Source: Perna viridis (taxonomy: Eukaryota). From it: 64,000 nucleotides of DNA. Positions 42,301 to 54,300 of the stretch are shown here, piece after piece. A model generated the notes under the pieces. It saw nothing but the letters and a program-made list of their open reading frames with translations. It was not told where the DNA came from and ran no database searches. Location: assembly GCA_037379345.1 (NCBI GenBank), contig CM074516.1:34881626-34945625 (forward strand), written 5' to 3'. The position numbers and the translations under genes are program-made. Within the stretch, counting starts at the first letter, position 1. Every line of letters begins with the position of its first letter.

Positions 42301-45300
42301 ATCATTACAACAAAATTTTGAAGAACAGACAAGGTAATTCCAATATAGCACCTGCATACTGAATGGGGGTATGAGAATACATAGGTGGGTAATACAAAGC
42401 ATGGTATCAGTCTGTTGTTTAAAATATGACTCAGTCACATCAAAAGGCATAATGAGACATGAGTATGTATACACTTATAAAAAACTCCATTGCTGACTGT
42501 TTACTCCAGGTTTAACATCAAGGTTGTAAAGAAGAGTTATAACAACCTCCTTGGTGAGGATATAAATACAAAATAGTATCCATATCTTACCATTAATCCA
42601 GACAGTACTGTATGACCCACATGTTCCTGTACCAGTAGGAGAAGTAGCCAGACTGTAGTTTCCTTCAAATTTATACCATCCAGGACTAAAATTGGTAGAT
42701 TCACAGTGGTGTGATGTTATAGTATGAGCGTAATCTGAATGACGAGATTTGTCGTACTCTATTGAAGTGTAGTTATTACATGGGTCTGCCTGTGGCTCTA
42801 AAATTTAATAAGACCCTTTGCAGTTAGAAGAGTTGCCAGATGCTATATGATTAAGCCATTACTTTGTATTGATATAATACCAGTATAATTTAACTATTTG
42901 CATTACAAAAACAAAAGCAAACTAAGGAATGTTAAATATAGGTTATTTTTAGTACCCTTAGTTTAACACAAAGCCCATAACTAGTTCTTTCTTACGATGG
43001 TATTGAACTGCAGAAATATTATATAATGCATTTTTAAATGAAAATAGAAAAGTTGAAAAGTAAGCTTTTTACATAAAAGTCATTTAATAAAGCATAGAAA
43101 CCAAAAGTTACTTAAGTTCTAAAGTAGTTACCATGGAAACTTACCAGTGCAATAACGTCCACATCCACTGAAGTAGGAATTCAAATAAAAAGCATTGTAT
43201 CCATGGCAATTCATTACATATATATCCCAAGATTGTTCACAGTTAGAATCATTCCCCACCTTACAGGCTTTCATCACAGCTGTCTCTCCATACTCAGTGG
43301 GATAGGTACCTAAAGAGAAACAAAATAAAGTTAGAATCATTCCCCCCCTTCAGGTTTTCATCACAATTGTCTCTCCATACTCAGTGGGGTAGGTTCCTAC
43401 AGAGACACAAAATAAAGTTAGAATCATTTCCCACCTTACTGGCTTTCATTACAGCTGTCTCTCCATACTCAATGTGATAGGTCATACAGAGACACAAAAT
43501 AAAGTTAGAATCATTCCCAACATTATAGGCTTTCATCAAAGCTGTCTCTCCATACTTAGAGGGATAGGTACCTACAGAGAAACAAAATAAACCCCAAACA
43601 AAATTATGCCCAACTCTTTAGCGTTCCATGATGTTCGTGTTACTTACATATATTTAAGAAAAATATTACCTGTAATGCAAGATTTTTCAAAGATTATTTG
43701 ATGCAATTCAAAAATTATTCAAAAGAACAAAACGTCAAATCTTACCTTGAGCCCATATAGGATACCATGACCCACACTGTCCTTGATCTGGGGTTGAGGT
43801 CAGGAGATTTTCATGGCTGCCAAATCTGTACCATTGTGTCATGTCAATTTCAACCATGTAACCATTGTAATTATAGTAACCATCACATTTGCCATTATCC
43901 CCTTGCTGTAACCTATTATTGACCAATCGGTTGATGTTACTATTTAAAGTGGAGTATGACCAACATGGTGTGGTCCAGGATCTTTCCCAAGTTGTATTCA
44001 AAGCCTCTGTAATAATAAAACCAAAACTGTCTCTTTAAAAAAAATTTGGGGTGCTGTCGTCATCTGACCAATAGCCAGAAACAAAATTTTAATTCAGTCA
44101 TCAGACATTGTGCCCTATTTTGTTAAGTATATGAATTGAGTAATATTAATAATGGTAATAATAACCTATACAGTTGAACCTCTATGTGGCACTCGGAAGA
44201 GTCAAAATCTCAGATAACTCGAACTAGTTTCAAAGTCCAGCAAAACTCCTCTTTCTTTAATACAATTTTACCTTGGATGACTCAAACTCTTGGAAAACTC
44301 CAGGTTTTTAATCAGTATCCTTGATAGGACTTTGAGGTTAATTAATCCTGACCTCTTGACAAATAAGACAAATAATTAGTCAGCAAACTGATTGCTTTAT
44401 TAAAAACCATGATTGAAGTATCTTTCTACAATGATTAGCGTGGCTTTTGAAATTATTTGTTGACACTCTTTGATTTGTGTATTTAATTAATCAAAAATAG
44501 CGTGTGTAGTGAAAAGAAACCAATTTTATTAATCACATATCAAAATTCACACTATCGGTGATATTGGAGATTTTGGTAAAAATAAAAAGAAGATTACAGA
44601 TGAATTGTAATGGTATCTGAACATTTAATTAAACATCAAACAGTTGATAATAAGTGTATTTCAATGACTACATTCATTTCGCTAGTGAACCTGAAATTTA
44701 ATCAAAGTAATGTAAAGTATATGGTTTGGTGATACTCCTTATTGTGAGTCATACAAAATATGAACTATGTAGAAAAAATAGCAAGGATTTTTTCCTAAAA
44801 CACTTGGTGCATTCAGTACTTAAAACATGATATACAACACACAAAATATCTTCCGATACAGAATGCAAGCCATCACGAAGTACCCTATAAAATGAAGTAT
44901 GAGTACATGTGGAATGCAAGCCACCACGAAGTACCCTATAAAGTGAAGTATGAGTACATGTGGAGCGCAAGCCACCACAAAGTACCCAATAAAGTGAAAT
45001 ATGAGTACATGTGGAACGCAAGCCATCATGGAGTACCCTATAAAGTGAAGTATGAGTACATGTGGAGCGCAAGCCACCACGAAGTACCCTATAAAGTGCA
45101 GTATGAGTACATGTGGAACACAAGCCACCACGAAGTACCCTATAAAGTGAAGTATGAGTACTTGTGGAATGCAAGCCACCACATAGTACCCTATAAAGTG
45201 AAGTATGAGTACATGTGGAACACAAGCCACCACGAAGTACCCTATAAAGTGAAGTATGAGTACATGTACAAACATAACAAATGATGCAGAAACAATCATT

Positions 45301-48300
45301 GACCAAACTATTTCCAGGTTATGCTCGACCTCAGATGACTCGAACCTTGAATAACTGAAGCATTTTTGCTTGGTCCCTTTAATTTCAACTTAATGAGGTA
45401 TCTGCAACTCATCCCCTGAGGTTTACAATGAATTATGTTATAGGCACCCCTTACCTTGACAATATCTGCCGCACACCCCTGAGGTTTAAAATGCACTATG
45501 TCAAAGGCACCCCTTTCCTTGACAATATCTGCCACACATCACCTGAGGTTTAAGATGCATTATGTTAAAAGCACCCCTTACCTAGACAATATCTGCCACT
45601 CATTCCCTGAGGTTTACAATGCATTATGTTATAGGCACCCCTTACCTTGACAATATCTGCCACACATCCCCTGAGGTTTAAGATGCATTATGTTAAAGGC
45701 ACCCCTTATCTAGACAATATCTGCCACTCATTCCCTGAGGTTTACAATGCATTATGTTATAGGCACCCCTTACCTTGACAATATCTGCCACACATCCCCT
45801 GAGGTTTAAGATGCATGATGTTAAAGGAGCCACATTTCTTTACAGGAACAGTCCAGCTGTAAGAACAGGGGTTTGAGCTTCCACCCTGACAGGCTTTCAT
45901 GTATGTTATCTCTTGGTCTATGCCTGGTAAATGACCTGCAAACAATAAAATAAGAAGATATAATATTAGTAGAAATATAAAAAGTGTCCAAGTCCATACA
46001 GATATTTAGGTCAAAGGCCAATGTGCTGTAAGACCTTATAGATACATAGAACATACACATTTTTTTGCAGAATTTGTAAATAAACTCAAAATCATCAGAA
46101 ATAGATTGATTTTTACTTAAAAAAAATGGCATACAATTAAAAAATAATGTTGCATAAAAGACAATTTTAAAATATTTTAATTATTAATATTGATAGTATT
46201 GATTGCAAAAGTATAAAATATGCTTAAATATATTTTAATCTTGAATTAAAATCCTATTCAATTCCACGCTTTGTTACACCTATCTGATACCAAATTCTCA
46301 TGTTTAGATTCAGTAAACCAGTTTATACTTAGTGAGATTCTAAAGACCATATGGCTAACAGTAATGCAGTACAGGTCATTTTGAAACAGTAATCAAGGGA
46401 ACCAAGGTTTTAGCAGAAATCAGAAGAATGTAATCCAGGGACAAACACCAGACATGAAATATATACATATGTTCCTGACTATACAAGTACCAGCCAAATA
46501 CCTATACAGTATAAGAGTTCATATCATACCTCAGTATATAAACATCAATACAAAATTTTCTACAGTAAAATTGCTATTTTTCTCCTTTTTCATTGTTCGT
46601 CTATTGAGCAGTCCATAGTTTTCAGACTATTGACCGGCAATGTCAACTGCTTTCGTGGATTTTTCGTTCCGTCACCAGATTGGACTAAAGTTCTATGTTT
46701 ATTCGGAACACTGACTTCACCCTCTCTTAATGAAAACCCCGAAATTATCTTGCACTTTAACACAGATGAAGTTGAATGTTTGCTAGACAATATTCAAATG
46801 TGTACATTGTTGCTGTTCTTTATCTTACAGACACCATGTAATTGATGTTGAAGGCTGCAAATTCAAATTCCTATGAATTACTGGTGAAAAGGTCAATGAG
46901 ACAACATTCAGATCAAAATATTGCCAAAAGATGCATGGTTTTCTGGGTTTTAAACATTTTGAGGTGATGAGGGGAAAATATCAGTGACATTCAAATTGAA
47001 AATATTGTAAAAAACGTTTTTCTGGGTTATCATTTTGAGATGATCATTCAACTATGAACAATGGAGGGACATGGAGTAAACGTATTACAAGTCTAATGTT
47101 TTCGGTATAATAAAATACTTAAAGACTGGGTATTCAGGAAATAGGAAGTTTATATTTATATAAATATATCAAATCACACTTCTTCTATAAATAACCTAAA
47201 GGTTACATAAAAACAACCAACAATGATACCAAAATGATTTAATGATTTTAGTACCCTCACCACTGGACAAAATTTTAGGCTGAATGATACTACTACACAA
47301 AAATCCGGAAAACTGGTTGTTATACAGAATAATGGAAGGACAGACTGATGACCAAGAGTGAAACTATATGCCCTGACCACTTCATGGCAAGGGCATAAAA
47401 AAGAAACCAAACTCTCTAAACCTTAACAACACTCCAAGAATTAAAAAAAATTACAACCTTGTAATATATTTTTGAATCCGCTTCTGACTATGAGGCTACA
47501 TCAAAACAACCAGAAGGGAATTTTAAGCTGAATGATAACAGTACACAAAAAAACTTGGATTGAAAGAGTGCAAGTCTTGAGTTTTACCAAAAGGTTCACA
47601 CATTCTTTTAAACAGTTGAATCTTTAAGCATTGATTTATCTTCTGTTACTGTAAACATATCAATATTTTTAGCAATGATTTCAGGTATTCTTCATAACCC
47701 ATAATAGTTGGTCACAAACCTTTCATCCAGATAGGTTCAGATGTACCACACTGTCCATTTCCTACAGGTGTCATGGCTGGTTGGTAATCTCCCTCAAATC
47801 TGTACCATCCATCAGAGTAGGAATACGATTCACAGCCATACCCACCCATGTAATTATAGAAGTCCATGTGTCGGGTGTGGTCATATTCTATCAGGGTATA
47901 GTTATCACATGGATCCTCTGCTGGTTCTAAAAATGCAGCAAGTAAATTAACAATTATAGCAATAAAATTTGGAAAAAAATTACTTATACATGTCTCTTTC
48001 CTTTATGGTCCTACAGACCACTAATTATAAAACTGTTTATAGAGGACAAGTCCACATACAAGTAATCAATAAGAATTTGACCTCTGACCTAAGAAGCAGC
48101 CAGAGCCTGATTTTAGTTTGACAGGAACTGTTACTGTTTCACAGAGTAAGGATCTTTACTAGTGTCATATTTTTTTAACAAAAACAAAATAGTTATCAGT
48201 TTACAACTCACATCTTAAAGGTTTGTAAATTTATGAAGAAAAATAAATTCTAGTTGATGTAAAACTGTAAAAGGCATAATTATTCATAAAAATATCAGTA

Positions 48301-51300
48301 TATTCAACTTTGTCATCTTACAGATTAGATCTGCATCATATTACTATAGTATTTTTTTCTATATGAGAATAGAATATGAGTTCTAATTAACACAGATGTT
48401 ATATAATTTGTTTCAGAAAGAGTGTTATGTGGAATATCAAACTCTCTCATTAGAATTATCAAGATATTCAACATAATGTATTTACTATCAAATTCCTATG
48501 TAGAAATTATTCCAAGGGTGATATAGGAAAATCATAACTGGAGAAATGTTGAATACTGCCATAAATATCAATGCTGAAAATAGAAGAAATGATGTGTCCA
48601 CAGGACATAGATGCCCCAGCCATCACTAAAAATTCAAGGAATATCAACAGGAGGTAGATGCGGCAATGAGCTCACCCACAACACAATTAATCATACTGAA
48701 GCTTTAGAACAAATCTGAGAACTTTGAAAGTTTTTGCAAAACTGAACCTAATAGCTTACATATTGAACAATGATGCACACCAAATCCTCAACCATTCACA
48801 GGAAAGGTTTCTCAGTTTTATGGGATGAAAATTTTTGAAATCCTTATATACAGCAACAAAAAAACTTACAGCAAACAAAAACTTGATGTATCCATCACTG
48901 AGCTTAAAAAGTTTACCAACTCTACAACCCATTAAGCTGAAGCAATAAACCAAATCCAAATCATTTCCACGAAGAGCTGCCAATTTTCATGCAACAAAAG
49001 TTATGGGGAAAAACTGACAAGTCAGGGATATAAAAAAACCCATTACAGTTATTTTTGGAAATGAAAAACTAACCAGTTCAAAGCATTGTATTTATACATC
49101 AATAAACAGAAAAACATGAACCCAAATATTTCTGAATTTACTGTCCACTTTTTCTAAGAATACTCACTAGTACAATATTTGCCACAGGGTTCATAATAAT
49201 CTAAGAATCTGAGTTGAGCCACATTATAATCCCCACAATTCATTACAGGCACTGACCAGGTTTCATTACAGTTAGTATCATTTCCAACCATACAGGCTGT
49301 CAAGTTATACTTCTCTGCATACTCAGTGGGGTACTGACCTGGAATAGTTAAATATATCCATTATTATAGTAACTACATGCACTCCATCAAGATGCCACCC
49401 ACAATACTATTTAATACTCAATATCCAGGCATTTTTGTTCCAATGATGTAAGAATGTTACCTTCAATATATTAGAAATAATGAATAGCTTTGCCAAGAGC
49501 AGCATAGTACAACTGCAGCATATTGAACTCTGTTCATTTGGGGAAAGTGTCAATACAAATTAAGTTTTGACACACAGAAACATAGTGACTTACAGTTCAT
49601 TATGGACACAAAAACTGGTTTGGACAAAATACTGCACAAAATGTGAACTTCAATTAAGGAGGTAGACCAAGGGTAAGAAACATAACTCTTGAAATCAGCG
49701 ATATATTTGTATAATATTCAATTTCACCAAGGCCTGTCAAGCTTTCATGTGAAAAAGAATGAAATCTGTCCATGTTACTTTGATGCTTACAGGAGACTGA
49801 TATAAAATGCTGAATACAAACATTCCAATGATTTGAAAGAGTTGTGTCCCTTACCATAGATCTACATCCTTAAGTTGAAAGAAATTCTGCTTTATGGGTG
49901 TTCATCAAAGTCCTTTGCTTTCAATCCCTATAATTTTGAAAACTGTAAGAAATATCTGAAATCTCACCGAAAAAACACAGGCAGGGATTTTCATAAGGAA
50001 TCTAATGACCAATATTAAAAATTTTCAAAATCAGACCAAAAACAAAAAACTTTATTTTTTGGGTGAATCCCACCCCCACTCTGACAACTTACTACCATAA
50101 GAGACAACTGAAATTTGAATGAAAAATGCAGGCAGAGATTTTCATGAGTCATCTAATATCTAAATTTTAACTAAATCAGACCTCAAATAAAAAAGTTGAT
50201 TTTTTGGGATACAGCCTGTATTGTACCCTTACAACTTTGAAACTGTAAAAGATACGACTATTCTATAAGAAAAAACTCTTATAACAGAATTTCAAAAAGA
50301 ATTACATTGTCGACAGAATAATAAAGAAAACAATAAACTATTTCTAGCCATTCTAATTAAAACACATATTTCTCCTTTAACCCCTTATTTTCAAAGGAGA
50401 TAAGGCAAAAGGCTAAAAATAACTATCTGTCCCTCCTCCATGTCCCTAGGAACAATGTATATAAATTTCAAAAACAGTTGATAAGTTTTACTCAAGTTAT
50501 CATAAAAAGACACAGATGACAAAGATGTCCTTAAAATTTCTCTATGTTGTATAAAAAGATCAAATTCATTTCTATACAGTTTTCTTTATAGTCCAATGAA
50601 CAGATCTGATATAAGACCCATGACTATTCCTTAATTTTGTGTTACATACAACAAGAAATTTCATAATCAATGTTACTTAGTTACAAACTGACTGGGGCAA
50701 TTATAAGATTTGCATACTGTAAACTCAAGCATGACAGCCGAGAGATGTATGTCAGGATAATTACTTAACTTATATTTTTGTTGTAGCTATATAAATAATG
50801 GTTTATTTTCCTTTCCATTCTGAAGAAGCCTTAGGCATAAATTGATACCTCATAAAGAACACAAGACGGGAATAATCAAGGTGTCTAATATATACATGTA
50901 TATATCTTCACAACAGCTCGATAAACTTGGTAGTTTATTGCTCTGTGGTGTCGAAGTCAGGGTCCTTGTTCTTGGTAAGTATACTTCTGTATGAATTAAG
51001 AATCATCCACCCCTTACCTCTTTCTCATCAGATATATAAAATGAAACATAAGTGCTATGATACCTATTTATTAACTACAAACTATCAAATCATTTATGTA
51101 CATTAGAATAACTTGGGACTACAAGCTGCATAAACTAATAAAAACCAAACAAGAGATACCCCCTTTTTCCATGAACTAACCAATCAAAGATCAAAACTTG
51201 AGGGATGAGATAAAAATGGGTATGAAAATATACACTTTTTATTGAGAAAGTCCAAAGTTATAGAGAATAATATAAGAAAATCATAAAAATAAGTAGAAAT

Positions 51301-54300
51301 ATGAATTGATTAATAATTTCTCATGACTGCTCTTCGTTGTCAACAACGTAATCAATTTGAACTTTGAATAAAGCAAATAAAAATATTCGAAAAGAGGTTC
51401 AAGTAGAGAAAAAACCATACGTTTGCAATGTAGGAATTAAAGATAACTCTTACATTATAACTATTACATTATCATACGTCAGTATGGGAAAAGAAAATCC
51501 ATATGTCGGCATGGTAAGAATTGAAAAAAACCCATGCTTCAGCATGATTAGAGAAATCATACGTTAGTATGGTAAGAATTAAAAATAACTCATACGTCAG
51601 CATGAGTAGAGAAAAAACACCGTGCGTAAGCATGATTAGAATTAAAAGTAAACCCATGGGTCAGAATGAGTAGAGATAGAGTAATCAAGGGAACCAAGGT
51701 TATAGCGGTAATCAAAAGAATGAAATCCAGGGACAAAGACCAGACATGGAAAACAGACATACACAACAAAGAACATAAAGTAACTAAAATCATACACACA
51801 AAGTAACAAAAGCAAATGAGCAACTCGGAAACCATATGTTAGCATGGTAAGAATTTAAATTAACTCATACATCAGCATGAGTAGAGAAACCATACATTAG
51901 CATGGTAAGAATTAAAATTAACTCATACATCAGAATGAGTAGCGAAACCTATTGAAAGCCTGATTAAATATCTACTTTTTCACTGCCATGAGATGAAAAT
52001 TCTGTATGTAAGTATGTAAAAAATAAGTTATAATACTACAAAAATATAAAACAAAAATCAAAATACTAGAAATTATATAAAACAAGAATCACATTTAACT
52101 TCAAGTACTAAATACACAAAATTAAGAAGCTATAAGTACTAAATACACAATATTAAGAAAATATATGTACTAAAATCACAATACTAATTAATCTCCAGAG
52201 GCATTAACAACTAAGAAGAGAAGTGGGGATGGTGGTGGTTTTTTCTATCTCAATAAACCAAAGCTTGAATATTGATCTGACTGCCCTAATTATCAAATCG
52301 AAAAAGAGGCTAACATGTGCAAAAAGAGGCTGTTTGAGGTTCTTGTAAGGGGGTTTATCTTAGATCCAATACAAGTAAAGCTGCTTAATAGTAAATAAAT
52401 TGATATTCCTTTACTAGGTAATATGCTCAATTAAAATAAACTACAATTATTATAGTTGAGAAGTTATGGTCCAATACTGAAAATATCACAGTCATTGATA
52501 AAAAATGAACCACATACTGGACTCTATGTCAGCAGCAGCACATCCAATATAGGGTTTAAAGTGCAATTTAGAATCATTCAATATTATCATTTATTGTACA
52601 GAAACTTGTATAAGGGCTAATATATTAAAACATATGAGGTACACAAAGCAATTTTAAATTTATACATAGGTTGTTGTGAAAACTGTTGATATATAGACTT
52701 AGCTTAACATTGCTGCTATGAGTGAGTTCACTGGAGAAAGACCTTATATTTAAGGAGTGACTGTTATATTTTTTCAGTCAATAAGGAAATAACCTCAACC
52801 ACGTGGTGCACAATAAATGACCTGCGTAGCAGGTTATTTTCAAGTGTGCACCATGGGCATAGAGGTTATTTGAAACAGACCGAAAAAATATACCAGTCAT
52901 TTCTTATAATTTAATGTTAGTATCTAAATATATGGAGTAAATCAGCAAAAATGGTTGATGACATCACCATGCAGCCATATTGGTCTCCATGACCCAGACT
53001 GTCTAGGTTCTGGTGGTGATGTTAGAATGTCACCATCACTAAATCAGACACCAAGACAGATAAAATTTAATACATATACTCACCATCAAGCCATATTGGT
53101 CTCCATGATCCACACCATCTAGGTTCTGGTGGTGATGTCAGAATGTCACCATCACTAAATCAGACACCAAGACAGATAAAATTGAATACATATACTCACC
53201 ATCAAGCCATATTGGTCTCCATGATCCACATTGTCTAGGTTCTGGTGGTGATGTTAGAATTTCACCATCACTAAATCTAAACCAGTTATCACTAGACATG
53301 CTGTTATAAAGATAGTTCATGTTCCATTGTCTGTCACATTGTTCCATGTCACTATTCTGTAGGGTATAGTTTATACTTCGTTCAAATCCACCCTTCAGAA
53401 TATGGTGATGATGACAGGGTACATCCCATGGGATATTACCTTCCTCTGAAATGTATAATGTATTGAGTAAAGATGACAAATATTATAAAGTTTGAGCAGG
53501 AGATATCTCCATATAAGGGTACACAATTATGTAGGAAAGAAATGATAAAACACATCAATATTAATTATAAAATGATAATGGCAGCTAGAATCAGTAGACA
53601 GGTCATTACAGATATATCTCAGGTCAAGCTGACTTACCTAGACAGCATCAACCACAAATCACAGAGGACTGTAGGTAAAATGCATGGTAATCAGGAAAAG
53701 TCATTAGAGATAGTACTGACCAAACATCCCTGAGAACTGTAGGTAAAACACATGATAATTGGGACAGGACATTAGAAATACATCTCAGGCCATGCTGACT
53801 TACCTAGACAGTACCGTCCACACATCCCTGAGGACTGTAGGTAGAATACATGATAATCAGGACAGGTCATCACGGGTATATCCCAGCTGTAGGTGCAGTA
53901 TGTACCATAATGCATAGAGTCTGCTTCACAAGCTTTAACATGATGTAACTGGCCCATGGTTGTTGGGTAGGTGTCTACAAGATAATGTAATGTAATTTAG
54001 TACATGTACAATTACTTTACATTAAAATTTAATTAGCTTGTTTGATGATTTTACCCCATGTTTTCACTACATAATAATTACTTTTCCTTCAATCTGTTAA
54101 TTTTGATTTTTTTTATTTTGATTTTAAATTTGTTTCATGCATATCTCAATAACTATATACAATTTTAACTATGACATCCAACTTAAAAGAACTGTTTCAG
54201 CTACAATCAATTATTGTTTTGTATTTTCAAATTTTTGTACAAGCTTCATTAACACTGATGCTTAAACTGTGACCTAAATGAAAATGTTTAATATGCAATT

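Noticed and set aside
44749-45306. 185-, 159- and 130-aa ORFs with 17-aa periodicity
   Set aside because: Artefact of a 51-bp (3n) tandem repeat being open in several frames
44171-45405. Possible TA-cagttgaacctc-type MITE enclosing the 51-bp satellite
   Set aside because: The left end is suggestive, but I could not identify a convincing right TIR
49339-53199. Possible hidden exon or gene in the longest intron (~3.9 kb)
   Set aside because: Only MITEs, tandem repeats and donor echoes are seen, and E16 to E17 joins in frame as a normal domain
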